A stretch of 64,000 nt of DNA from Microcoleus sp. GTDB taxonomy: Bacteria; Cyanobacteriota; Cyanobacteriia; Cyanobacteriales; Microcoleaceae. The stretch is taken from positions 192,001 through 256,000 of the forward strand of contig JAYFMW010000007.1 in assembly GCA_042408215.1 (NCBI GenBank). The letters are read 5' to 3'. Positions 31,877 to 42,027 of this stretch are shown here, one piece after another; position 1 is the first letter of the stretch, and each line of letters begins with the position of its first letter. A program made the position numbers and the translations under genes. The notes beneath the pieces were generated by a model. It saw nothing but the letters and a program-made list of their open reading frames with translations. It ran no database searches and had not been told where the DNA came from.

Positions 31877-32977
31877 GTGAGTCGGGCCACGATCGTATAC
31901 GAATTCAAAGTTAAAGGGAAAGAACGACAATACCAAGCGATTGATGAGGCTATTCGTACTTCTGGATTCATCCAAAATAAGTGCTTGCGCTACTGGATGG
32001 ATCGCCCAGGTGTGAGTAAATACGACCTTAACAAATATTGTGCGGTATTGGCTAAAGAATTTCCTTTTGCTGACGCACTTAATTCAATGGCTCGACAGTC
32101 GGCTGCTGAGCGTTCTTGGAGTGCTATTTCTCGATTTTACGACAATTGCCGGAAAAAGGTTAAAGGTAAAAATGGCTTTCCTAAGTTGAAAAAATTCTCT
32201 CGTTTTGTGGAGTATAAAACTTCAGTATAGGAACTATCTAAAACTCTAAAAAATATCATTTTTGCCGATAAAAAAGCTATGAAAAAAATGAATCTAAAGG
32301 GAACATACGACCTTAAATACTATGACATAAAGCAAATTAAAAGAGTGCGATTTGTACGTCGTTCCGACGGCTATTATGATCGATTTGCGGTAGATGTAAA
32401 GGTGAGAATTGAAACTGAACCTACCCATCAAATAGTTGGTTTGGATCTGGGGTTAAAGTATTTTATTGCTGATGACAAAGGCAATGTTGAACCACCCCCT
32501 CAGTTCTCTCCAAAATCTGAACGGCAATTAAATCGCGATCGCCGCCAGAAATCGATCAAATATAGCAGCGATCGCAAGAAAGCAAGACAACCGCAGTCTA
32601 ACAACTACCAGAAAGCTATAAATAGATAGGCCCGAAAACATTTAAGAGTAAGTAGGCAACGAAAAGAATATTGCAAGAGATTAGCATATTCCGTCATTCA
32701 ATCTAAGGATTTGATAGCCTAGGAAGATTTAAATGTTAAAGGACTGGTAAGAAATCGACATCTAGCTAAATCTATTAGTGATGCTGGCTGGTCAACTTTT
32801 CGCGGTTGCTTAGAATATTTTGGGCAAAAATATGGGAAGGTGACGGTAGCAGTACCGCCGCACTATAGGAGTCAAAATTGTTCTAACTGTGGTAATAAAG
32901 TGCAAAAATCTCTTTCTGTTAGAACCCATATTTGTCCGCATTGTGGGTTTCCAGCAGACCGGGACGTAAACGCCAGC
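31877..32977 (+). pseudogene. tnpB: TnpB RNA-guided endonuclease, 5' part, with three in-frame TAG stops
   Basis: One frame with stops at 32228, 32627 and 32720. VGLDLG (RuvC-I), EDL (RuvC-II), CSNC/CPHC zinc finger, DRDVNAS (RuvC-III). Confidence 0.93.
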
Positions 32978-33374
32978 AGTAGCCCGCACCGGCAACGGGT
33001 ATTTCTACAAGCTAACTGTAACAGACCCAGATGGCGACCTGCTGACTTTTAGATTGACCAAAGCACCAACAGGAATGAAGGTTGACAAGGACAGTTTGAT
33101 TGTCTGGACTCCCGGCGCAGGCGATGTGGGGCAGAAACAGGACGTGTCGGTGTCGGCTAGCGACGGCCAGGGGGGAAGCGACACTCAATCCTGGACTGTT
33201 AATGTCTCTAATTCGGCCGTTAACCGACCTCCAAGTATTACTTCGGTACCGGATACCGTTACTAATTTAGAGCGAGTTTATCGCTACCAGCTAACAGCTA
33301 CCGACCCCGAAGGAGACTATTTACTGTGGAGTTTGGATAATGCTCCCAAGGGTATGGTAATCGATGCTAATTAA
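32978..33374 (+). pseudogene. Fragment of the Ig-like repeat region of a large RHS protein
   Basis: YKLTVTDPDGD...APTGM and NRPPSITSVP...YRYQLTATDPEGD...APKGM repeats; no native start; ends abruptly at 33374. Confidence 0.8.
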
Positions 33375-33478
33375 GCGTTGTTGCCGATACTTATGCACCT
33401 AAAGTCAATATTATTGCCAGCAAAAATACAGCTAATCTCGGAGATTCGGTCACATTTACCGTCAATGCTGTCGATAAC

Positions 33479-36400
33479 GTGAAAGTAGAATCTTTGGGTT
33501 TGACTATCAACGGCACTCCTGTAGTTTTGGATGCACAAGGTCAAGCAAATGTCAAGGTAAATAATTTAGGAAATTTCACAGCAGTTGCAACAGCTAAAGA
33601 TGCGGCTGGAAATGTGGGGAATGCGACTCAAGCTGTGGCTGCAATTGATACTAGCGATGTCAACGCGCCAACTATCAACATCAGTTTAGAAGATGATGCA
33701 GAAATTACCGCACCTGTCAATATAGTTGGCACAATTAGTGACAGCAATTTAGCTTACTATACATTGGAAGTTGCCCCGGTTGGTGGCGGGCAAATTCCGG
33801 GCGATGGCGGAGGATTTAAGGAGGTTTATCGGGGAACTGCTGCTGTCAGCAACGGAACGGTTGCGACATTTGACCCGACTGTTTTAGCTAACGGCGCTTA
33901 CGTTCTCAAGTTCACTGCTTTCGACGCTAACGGTAACGGTTCGACTACTGAAAGGACGGTGAATGTTTCGGGTGATTTGAAGTTGGGGAATTTCCGGTTG
34001 TCGTTTACTGATTTATCCGTTCCAGTTGCGGGAATTCCGATTAACGTGACTCGAACTTACGATTCTTTGAATGCGAATAATGGCGATGATTTTGGCTACG
34101 GCTGGCGGATGGAATTCCGGGATACTGATTTGAAGACTTCTTTGAAAGCTGATCCGACTTACGAGGAGTTGGGGATAAATACCGTACCGTTTGACAGCAA
34201 GACTAAGGTGTTTATTACGTTACCTGGTGGTAAGCGGGAAACCTTTACTTTTAAGCCGACTCCGCATCATTTGAATCAGTATTTGGGAGGGGCTGGGCCG
34301 GGTGCTCAGATGTTCAAGCCTGCTTTTGAGTCTCAGAAAGGTTCGACGATGACTTTGACGGTTAAGGATGCGAATTTAGTCAGGAATGAGAACGGGTATT
34401 ACGGGGTGAACGCACAGCCTTTCAATCCTGAAAATCCTGCCTTTGGTGGGGTGTACGTGTTGACTACTAAGGAGGGATTGGTTTACGAGATTGATGCGAA
34501 GTCTGGGGATTTGTTGACTGCTACTGATGCGAATGGGAATAAGCTGACTTTCTCGGATGCGGGGATTAAGAGTAGTTCGGGTAAGTCGGTGACTTTTGAG
34601 AGGGATGTTGATGGGAGGATTGTCGGTGTTGTTGACCCGGATGGCAAGAAAGTCAAGTACGAATACGACGCGAAAGGGGATTTGGTTGCTGTTAAGGATA
34701 GGGAGAATAATGCAACTCGGTTTGAGTACGAAGATGAGGACAGACCGCACTTTTTAACTGAGGTAATTGACCCGTTGGGACGCAGTGGAGTCAAGACTGA
34801 CTACGACGATTCTGGTCGCCTCAAGCAGATGGTTGATGCGAATGGGTCGGCGGTGGAATTGGTTTATGACCCTAATAATTCCCTTCAGAAAGTTAAGGAT
34901 GTTTTTGGGAAGGAGACGACTTATGTTTACGACAGTCGGGGGAATGTTTTAACTGAGATTGACCCGTTAGGGAAGAGGGTTGATCGGACTTTTGATGGGG
35001 ATAATAATGTTTGGACTGAGACTGTAATTACCACTGAATTAAATGCTGCTGGCAATCCGGTTGAAATGCGGCAAACAACTGAATGGACTTACGACAGTCG
35101 GGGGAATAAGTTAACTGAAAAAGACCCGTTAGGTAATGTTTCGCGGTGGACTTATAACAGTCGGGGACAGGTTTTGACTGAAACCGACGCCCTGGGGAAT
35201 ACTGCGACTTACACCTATTCTCCGAGTGGGAATTTGCTGTCAACAAAAGATGCTGCGGGGAAAATTACCCAGCACAGTTATGATGCAAGGGGTCTGCGCC
35301 GTTCCACAACAGATGCTAACAACAAAATTACCCGCTATGAATACGACAATTCCGGCAATTTGATTCGCCAAACAGATGCAGAAGGCAACGACACTACTTA
35401 CACCTACAACAATTTAGGCAAGCGGTTGACCGAAACGAGAAAAGTAACTACTCCTTACGGGTTAGAAGAGTTAGTTACCGAGTGGAAATACGATGCAGAA
35501 GGACGGGTAGAATCCGTCATTGACGCCGAGGGTTATCTCACTAAATACGAATACGATGCTAACGACAACCGCACGGCTGTTGTTGATGGCTCGCGACGCC
35601 GGACTGAGTACGTTTACAATGAAAAGGGACAGTTGGAAGATATTATTTATCCTGAGAAAAATCCCAACGATCCTACCAAAAACCTGAAACTTAACAACAC
35701 TTACGACGCAGCAGGTCGCTTGGTAACTAGAACTGATGAATTGGGTCGCGTTACTCAATACAAATATGATGACGCGGGTCGCTTAACCGAAACAATTTAC
35801 CCCGATAAAACTCCTGCAAATGAGTTAGATAACCCCAGAACCAAAGTCGAGTATTACAAAAATGGCAATGTCAAAGCTGAAATTGACGAGCGGGGAAATC
35901 GCACCGAATACCGCTACAATGCTAACAACGAACTTGTCGAAATTATCTACCCAGACGGCACGCCCGATACTCTTGCATACAATCCGAAAACTGTTTACCA
36001 ATACGACGCAGCAGGCCGCCGGATTAGCGAAACAAATGCTCGCAACCGTACCACTACTTTTGTTTACGATGAATTAGATCGACTCACAGAAACTCGGTTC
36101 CCGGACAATACTAAAACAACCGCAACTTACGATGCTTTGGGACGGCGCGTTAGTTCCACTGACCGCAACGGTAAAGTAACAAAATACGAGTACAATGCAG
36201 CAGGTAAATTGACTGCTGTCGTCCAAAATTTGAATCAACCGGGTGTTGGATTAATTGAACTCAGGACTGAGTACAGTTATGATGAAGCAGGTCGGTTGAC
36301 TGGCGTTAAAGATGCCAATACTCGCGTTACTGAATACGATTACGATTTGGTAGGTCGTCCCTTAGCTACAATTTTACCCGATGAAAAATGGTCAGAAACT

Positions 36401-38446
36401 TATTACGATGGGGCTGGGAATGTTATCGGGTTAACGGATTTTAACGGCAACAGCGTTTTTTACGATTACGATGCGGGTGCTGCCCCTTCTGTTGGCAGTC
36501 AAAATCCTGTCAGGTACGCTTATACTCCAACTGGAAAGATTGCCAGCATTGTTGACAGTCGGGGTACGACCAGTTACAAGTATGATGAGCGAGATAGATT
36601 GATTTCTCGGACTGACCCGGATGGGCCTTACACGGCAAACAATGTGACCATTGAGTACGGGTATGATGCTGCGGGAAATATCACTTCGGTTGCTGTTCCG
36701 AACGGTACTACTGGTTACACTTACGATGAAAGAAATCGTTTGAAAACGGTGACTGACCCGGATGGTGGGGTGACGGCTTATTCCTACGATGCGGTTGGCA
36801 ATTTGTCAAGAACTGAATTCCCGAATGACGTGATTGAAACTCGCACTTACGATGATTTGAATCAGCTTAAGTTGCTGGAGTACAGCCGCCAGGGAACGGT
36901 GTTTTCTAAGTTCGATTACACCTTGGATGCTGCGGGGAACCGCCGCGCTGTTACTGAGTTGAACGGGCGCAAGGTTGAGTACGAGTATGACGATTTATAT
37001 CGGGTGACGAAGGAGACGATTACGGATGCTGTTGCGGGAAATCGGACGGTTAGTTACACCTATGATAAGGTTGGCAATCGCCTGAGTCGAAATGATTCTG
37101 TTGAGGGAGTTACGACTTATGTTTATGATAGCAACGACCGCCTGAAAACGGAGGAGTTGAAGCAGAATAATGCGGTCGTGCGTTCTTACGAGTACGGCTA
37201 CGATGATAATGGAAATACTCGGACTCGGACTCAGAAGGATGCTGCTGGTAATGTTGTTGAAACCGTAACTTACAGTTGGAATAAAGAGAATCGTTTGGTT
37301 GGAGTGCAAAGCTCTAATGGGGATACAGTTGCTTACAGTTACGATGCGGATGGAGTTCGGGTCAGCAAGACTGTGAATGGGGTAACGACTGAGTATTTGG
37401 TGGATAGCAATCGGGATTATGCTCAGGTTTTGGAGGAGCGTATTAATGACTCTTTGGGTGTGAGTTATGTTTACGGACGGGATTTGATTTCGCAGGAACG
37501 GGGGGTTGCTGATTCGTACTATTTGGTTGATGGTTTGGGCAGTACGAGGGGTTTGATGAATGGTGTTGGTGGGGTGACTGATGTTTACAATTATGATGCT
37601 TTTGGGAATTTAATTGGGAGGACGGGGAGTGCGGTTAATGGTTATTTGTATGCGGGGGAACAGTATGACTCGAATTTGGGGGGTTATTATTTAAGGCAGC
37701 GGTATTACGATCAGTATCGGGGTCGGTTTGCGTCTCAAGATCCGTTTGAGGGGTGGATGAGCGAGCCGATGAGCTTGCACAATTATTTGTATGCTCATGG
37801 GAATCCGGTTAATGCGATCGATCCTAGCGGTCTTTTTGCTACTACGGCTGACTACCTCAATCTTATATTCGCTGCTGGCGCTCTTGCTGCGATCGGCCAG
37901 GTCACGCTGAATACTGTTTTTACGTTCAGGGAAGGAACGCCGAACGAATTTCCGCCCGCACCGCCTCCTTTCCCGCTACCGCGCCCGTCGGAACCCGAAA
38001 TTTTGATTAACAAGCCGCCGGAGGATGGGTTTCCTCCGTCTCCGGAGCCTTTCCCGGTGCCGCAGCCTGAGAAACCGGAGCCTTTGATTACGCGGGTGCC
38101 GCTGTTGGGGCTTAAGGAGTATTTGGATAATTATGTTTTCTCTGCCATCTGTAACTTCTCTCCTAGAAAATTACAACATGAGTATAAACACGCGCCAGAT
38201 TTTGGAATTACTGGGAACTGGAATAGTACCAATCGCGCTCTCTTCATCAAAGCCTTGGAGGATCATATCCAAAATGCTCCCGTTCAAATACCAGGAACTT
38301 ATCGCGGTACGATACCAGTTACTCACTACTACGATCCAAACACTGAAAATTGGGTAGCTGTCGATCTAAACAACGATTTTGTCGCTGCTTGGAAACTATC
38401 AAACGCACAACGGGATAATTTATTAAATGGAGGAAATGTACAATGA
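33479..38446 (+). CDS. RHS/YD-repeat protein, N-terminally truncated, with colicin D-like tRNase tip
   Basis: RTYDS...FGYGW, many YD repeats, core YLYAGEQYD...NPVNAIDPSG. Tip KHAPDFGI...GTYRG...FVAAWKL resembles the colicin D ribonuclease domain. The frame is open from about 33371 without a start until GTG 33479. Confidence 0.9.
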   Translation: MKVESLGLTINGTPVVLDAQGQANVKVNNLGNFTAVATAKDAAGNVGNATQAVAAIDTSDVNAPTINISLEDDAEITAPVNIVGTISDSNLAYYTLEVAPVGGGQIPGDGGGFKEVYRGTAAVSNGTVATFDPTVLANGAYVLKFTAFDANGNGSTTERTVNVSGDLKLGNFRLSFTDLSVPVAGIPINVTRTYDSLNANNGDDFGYGWRMEFRDTDLKTSLKADPTYEELGINTVPFDSKTKVFITLPGGKRETFTFKPTPHHLNQYLGGAGPGAQMFKPAFESQKGSTMTLTVKDANLVRNENGYYGVNAQPFNPENPAFGGVYVLTTKEGLVYEIDAKSGDLLTATDANGNKLTFSDAGIKSSSGKSVTFERDVDGRIVGVVDPDGKKVKYEYDAKGDLVAVKDRENNATRFEYEDEDRPHFLTEVIDPLGRSGVKTDYDDSGRLKQMVDANGSAVELVYDPNNSLQKVKDVFGKETTYVYDSRGNVLTEIDPLGKRVDRTFDGDNNVWTETVITTELNAAGNPVEMRQTTEWTYDSRGNKLTEKDPLGNVSRWTYNSRGQVLTETDALGNTATYTYSPSGNLLSTKDAAGKITQHSYDARGLRRSTTDANNKITRYEYDNSGNLIRQTDAEGNDTTYTYNNLGKRLTETRKVTTPYGLEELVTEWKYDAEGRVESVIDAEGYLTKYEYDANDNRTAVVDGSRRRTEYVYNEKGQLEDIIYPEKNPNDPTKNLKLNNTYDAAGRLVTRTDELGRVTQYKYDDAGRLTETIYPDKTPANELDNPRTKVEYYKNGNVKAEIDERGNRTEYRYNANNELVEIIYPDGTPDTLAYNPKTVYQYDAAGRRISETNARNRTTTFVYDELDRLTETRFPDNTKTTATYDALGRRVSSTDRNGKVTKYEYNAAGKLTAVVQNLNQPGVGLIELRTEYSYDEAGRLTGVKDANTRVTEYDYDLVGRPLATILPDEKWSETYYDGAGNVIGLTDFNGNSVFYDYDAGAAPSVGSQNPVRYAYTPTGKIASIVDSRGTTSYKYDERDRLISRTDPDGPYTANNVTIEYGYDAAGNITSVAVPNGTTGYTYDERNRLKTVTDPDGGVTAYSYDAVGNLSRTEFPNDVIETRTYDDLNQLKLLEYSRQGTVFSKFDYTLDAAGNRRAVTELNGRKVEYEYDDLYRVTKETITDAVAGNRTVSYTYDKVGNRLSRNDSVEGVTTYVYDSNDRLKTEELKQNNAVVRSYEYGYDDNGNTRTRTQKDAAGNVVETVTYSWNKENRLVGVQSSNGDTVAYSYDADGVRVSKTVNGVTTEYLVDSNRDYAQVLEERINDSLGVSYVYGRDLISQERGVADSYYLVDGLGSTRGLMNGVGGVTDVYNYDAFGNLIGRTGSAVNGYLYAGEQYDSNLGGYYLRQRYYDQYRGRFASQDPFEGWMSEPMSLHNYLYAHGNPVNAIDPSGLFATTADYLNLIFAAGALAAIGQVTLNTVFTFREGTPNEFPPAPPPFPLPRPSEPEILINKPPEDGFPPSPEPFPVPQPEKPEPLITRVPLLGLKEYLDNYVFSAICNFSPRKLQHEYKHAPDFGITGNWNSTNRALFIKALEDHIQNAPVQIPGTYRGTIPVTHYYDPNTENWVAVDLNNDFVAAWKLSNAQRDNLLNGGNVQ
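33490..34575 (+). repeat. First copy of a 1086-bp imperfect direct repeat (second copy 44415-45500)
   Basis: Both ends align at the same 10,925-bp offset; the translations are nearly identical with scattered substitutions. Confidence 0.92.
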
Positions 38447-38850
38447 AGTTTGACATTACTAAATTTGAGTCGAAATTTGAAACTATCGTTCAACAATTTT
38501 TGGGAGGTGAAATGTCAGCAGAACAGTTTTCTTCTGATTTTACGACTCTCTGGATGAGTTTTAGGGATGAGCAATATAAAATCAAAGATACTTGGGATAA
38601 ACGCTACGATCTTGAACTTCTTGAGCATTTACAAAAAGGTGAACTAACAAGCGAAGAATTTACACAAAAATCTAGAGAACTTATGGGAACTACCGAGATT
38701 TTTGAGTTCATTAATATGGTAGACGCTATTCACAGTGCTTGCCATGTATTCAATCCTTTCCCTGGGCCTATATTTGAAGGGGAAATCACTGAAGAACAAT
38801 TAAGAGCAGAAGTTCAAGCACTTATTACCAACTATCAGAGTAAAAAATAA
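38443..38850 (+). CDS. Cognate immunity protein, colicin D immunity (ImmD)-like
   Basis: ATGA overlap with the toxin; acidic; FLGGEMSAEQF and FNP...EITEEQLRAEV resemble ImmD. Confidence 0.75.
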   Translation: MKFDITKFESKFETIVQQFLGGEMSAEQFSSDFTTLWMSFRDEQYKIKDTWDKRYDLELLEHLQKGELTSEEFTQKSRELMGTTEIFEFINMVDAIHSACHVFNPFPGPIFEGEITEEQLRAEVQALITNYQSKK

Positions 38851-38965
38851 TAGTTATAACGATTGATTTCCACTCGGGCGGCCGCCTGCGGGCTACTATT
38901 GACCAGACGAGCACGCAACTCACTACAATTACGATGATGCGGATGGAATACGGGTCAGCAAGACT

Positions 38966-40189
38966 GTGAATGGGGTAACGACTGAGTATTTGGTGGATAG
39001 CAATCGGGATTATGCTCAGGTTTTGGAGGAGCGTATTAATGACTCTTTGGGTGTGAGTTATGTTTACGGACGGGATTTGATTTCGCAGGAACGGGGGGAT
39101 GCTGATTCGTTCTATTTGGTTGATGGTTTGGGCAGTACGAGGGGTTTGACGAATGCGTCGGGGGGGGTTACGGATGTTTACAATTACGATGCTTTTGGGA
39201 ATTTAATCGGGCGGACGGGAAGCACAGTTAATGGTTATTTGTATGCGGGGGAACAGTATGACTCGAATTTGGGGGGTTATTATTTAAGGAAGCGCTTTTA
39301 TGATGAGTATCGGGGTCGGTTTACTGCTCAAGACCCGTTTGAGGGTTTGATGAGCGATCCGATGAGTTTGCACAATTATTTGTATGCTCATGGGAATCCG
39401 GTTAATGCGATCGATCCTAGTGGTCTTTCTACTCTTTCGATGGATAGCCTACTCAGTCTTATCGCAACTGCTGGCGCTCTGGCTGCGATCGCCCAGCCCG
39501 CGATGAATATTGTGTTCGGGTTCGTTAAGGAGGGAACGCCGAACGAATTCCCGCCCGCACCGCCTCCTTTTCCAGTGCCTCGCCCGTCGGAACCGGAGAT
39601 TTTGATTAACAAGCCGCCTGCGGATGGGTTTCCTCCATCTCCTGAACCTTTCCCGGTGCCGAATCCTGAGAAACCGGATCCTTTGATTACGCGGGTTCCT
39701 CTGTTGGGGCTTAAGGAGTATTTGGATAATTATGTTTTTGGCTCTGAAGTTACTCAAGAGCATCTTAATCAAATTAGACAGATTGTCAATAAATACAAAA
39801 ATTTTGAGTGTGTAGAATGCGCCAATGAAATTAAAACGTACCTGAAAAGCCAAAAAATTAAGGGAAGGCATATTAGACTTGATACAGGAAATGTCAATGA
39901 GAACATCTATGATGACAATGTTGTTCTAGAACATGGAGAAGCAATTTCACTTAATGGTAAGCACGAAGCTATTTTAATCGAAATCGACTTGGAATTAGCG
40001 ATGGCTAACGGTGTTATTGGCATAGAGAATGCAACAGTTAATCAAGCTGGCAAAGTTAAAGTCGTTTTTGATAATCATCGCCCTAATGGAATGATTCAAG
40101 AATCATGGTTAAATGGACTACAGTTTCGTGGTAAACTATTTGGGAACCCACCCCAACAGTTTTCTCAAAAGGGAAGCAGAAATTTTTAG
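38966..40189 (+). CDS. Orphan RHS core/C-terminal module with papain-fold toxin (Tox-PL-2-like) tip
   Basis: Duplicates about 37341-38139, then diverges into ECVECA...NGKHEAI...VFDN (Cys-His-Asp). It may be a silent cassette. Confidence 0.82.
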   Translation: MNGVTTEYLVDSNRDYAQVLEERINDSLGVSYVYGRDLISQERGDADSFYLVDGLGSTRGLTNASGGVTDVYNYDAFGNLIGRTGSTVNGYLYAGEQYDSNLGGYYLRKRFYDEYRGRFTAQDPFEGLMSDPMSLHNYLYAHGNPVNAIDPSGLSTLSMDSLLSLIATAGALAAIAQPAMNIVFGFVKEGTPNEFPPAPPPFPVPRPSEPEILINKPPADGFPPSPEPFPVPNPEKPDPLITRVPLLGLKEYLDNYVFGSEVTQEHLNQIRQIVNKYKNFECVECANEIKTYLKSQKIKGRHIRLDTGNVNENIYDDNVVLEHGEAISLNGKHEAILIEIDLELAMANGVIGIENATVNQAGKVKVVFDNHRPNGMIQESWLNGLQFRGKLFGNPPQQFSQKGSRNF

Positions 40190-40212
40190 TCGGAAAGAAA
40201 AAGGAGAATAAA

Positions 40213-40512
40213 ATGGAATTTCTTTACGATTTTTTAAAAGAGATTAAAAAGAGACCGGGAATGTTTTTGCGAAGAAAATCCATTTTATATTTGCATTCAT
40301 TTTTGACAGGCTATGACATGGCTCGCTTCCACATGGGATTGTCAAAAACTAAACAAGAACAGAAATTTAATGATTTTGCAGAGTGGATACCAATTAAGTT
40401 TAATGACAATTCTACTCGCTCTTGGGCTGACATAATTCTTTTAAATTCAGAAGATGAAAGCCAAGCTTTCGATCGTTTTTTTGAACTACTTGAAGAATTC
40501 AAAAATTTGTAA
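40213..40512 (+). CDS. Putative immunity protein for the papain-fold toxin
   Basis: Small ORF right after the tip with AAGGAG RBS; IKKRPGMFL...SWADII...FFELLEEF. Confidence 0.7.
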   Translation: MEFLYDFLKEIKKRPGMFLRRKSILYLHSFLTGYDMARFHMGLSKTKQEQKFNDFAEWIPIKFNDNSTRSWADIILLNSEDESQAFDRFFELLEEFKNL

Positions 40513-40539
40513 TCAAAATAACAATTAGAATATATCATA

Positions 40540-40632
40540 CTAAACCAGAAGCTAATAATCGTTTCGCAAGCTTTTAAGGATTGCGTTGAAAATAATGGTT
40601 TAGAGGGTCGGAAATTCAAACAAGTTACTTGA
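40540..40632 (+). pseudogene. 3' remnant of an Imm11/DUF1629-like immunity gene
   Basis: Reads KLIIVSQAFKDCVENNGLEGRKFKQVT-stop, resembling that family's C-terminus; no start. Confidence 0.45.
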
Positions 40633-40664
40633 GTCGTGCCTGATTTCCACTCGGGCTACCACTA

Positions 40665-41306
40665 ATGGATGGTGAAACAATGCAGCTAAACTTTTTTGAT
40701 TTTATTTTTTTAGAAAAAGAACTGGAATTCCTACCTTCTTTTCATAGACTCGCCTTTGCGGCTTCTATTTGCGAGAGGTTACTTCCCAACTACAACGCCT
40801 TCTCGAAAATCGAAAATTTTGGTAATTTTCGTGTCCTGAGACAAACACTGGATGAAATTTGGCAATTTTTACAAAACAATTCAGTAGATAGAACCAGAGT
40901 TCCTCAATTAATATATGATTGCGACAGCGATCTAATAATTCCCCACGCAGATGACTTTGGTGCTGGATATGCTTTAGAAGCGCAGGAAGCAGCTTTTGCA
41001 TTGTGCAATACTCTCGAAGCTTGTCTTAATCCAACACCGGAAGCTATTCTAAAAGTAGCTGATCGCGCTAAAAATACGATTGATGCATTTATCAATTTCG
41101 ATGAAACTTTCAGCCTACTGCAATCGCAAGATATGACAAAATATAAGCAGGCAATTGCTAGCCACCCCCTTGCAAGTCGAGAAATGGCAAAACAAACAGA
41201 GGATTTACAACGATTAAAAGGGACAGATATTTTAGATGAAGATTTTTTGGAGTGGCTTCGGACCTCTTCAAATAATAATGGAGTAAGTTTGATAGGCTTG
41301 TCCTAA
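40665..41306 (+). CDS. DUF416/YjaG-like protein, copy 1
   Basis: RLAFAASICERLLPNYNAF motif. Confidence 0.8.
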   Translation: MDGETMQLNFFDFIFLEKELEFLPSFHRLAFAASICERLLPNYNAFSKIENFGNFRVLRQTLDEIWQFLQNNSVDRTRVPQLIYDCDSDLIIPHADDFGAGYALEAQEAAFALCNTLEACLNPTPEAILKVADRAKNTIDAFINFDETFSLLQSQDMTKYKQAIASHPLASREMAKQTEDLQRLKGTDILDEDFLEWLRTSSNNNGVSLIGLS

Positions 41307-41332
41307 GTTATATTAAACTCTATTTAACAGCG

Positions 41333-41983
41333 ATGTCTCAGTCTGTAGTAATGACTCCACAATTTTTTAACTTGGATTCTTTGAAACAAGAAATCAAACA
41401 ACTGTCCCATCTTCACCAAGTAGCTTTTGCCGCTTCTATTTGTGAAAGAATGCTGCCAATGTACGAGAAATTTTCTCGAAGGGCGAATTGGGGGCAGCCC
41501 TCTTTACTAAGAGAAGTGCTGGATGAAGTTTGGCTGATTCTACAAGAGAAATCAATCGCTCCGTCAAAAATTCGTAAATTAATGGAAAAAATTGACGGTG
41601 AAGGTATTTGCCCGGACTCGGATTCAGACGATTTTTGTGATGCTTATTACCTTTTTGAAGCTCAATTCACTATTTTGGCACTCTACTCTACTCTGACAAC
41701 CCTACTAACATCAGAATCTAAACATATTATTGAAGTTGTCGAAAATGCTAGATTTGACACTATTGAGGGATTTATTAGTCAAAGAGACAAGCTATACGAA
41801 GTAAAAAACTATCAAGATATGTTGGAACCAATTGCCAACGATCCGCTAGCAAAGCAGGAACTTGCCAAGGAAATGGAAGACTTACAAAATCTAAAAAAGG
41901 TCGATAAATTGTCAGTCGAATTTTTAGAAAAGCTTCGCACCTCCTCTTGCAATAAAGGTAAAAGCTTAATTGACTTGTTATGA
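41333..41983 (+). CDS. DUF416/YjaG-like protein, copy 2
   Basis: QVAFAASICERMLPMYEKF; paralogous to copy 1 along its length. Confidence 0.8.
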   Translation: MSQSVVMTPQFFNLDSLKQEIKQLSHLHQVAFAASICERMLPMYEKFSRRANWGQPSLLREVLDEVWLILQEKSIAPSKIRKLMEKIDGEGICPDSDSDDFCDAYYLFEAQFTILALYSTLTTLLTSESKHIIEVVENARFDTIEGFISQRDKLYEVKNYQDMLEPIANDPLAKQELAKEMEDLQNLKKVDKLSVEFLEKLRTSSCNKGKSLIDLL

Positions 41984-42027
41984 GACAGACAACGATCCTA
42001 TCGAATCATTTGGGCAAACATTGGATA

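Noticed and set aside
31877..32977. Amber read-through giving an active TnpB, since all three stops are TAG with no frameshift
   Set aside because: Each TAG is one substitution from a plausible Trp or Tyr codon, TAG ends other genes here normally, and the gene is also split by the insertion.
33479..38446. Type VI secretion effector
   Set aside because: No PAAR, VgrG or chaperone gene is visible; the N-terminal remnants are Ig-like.
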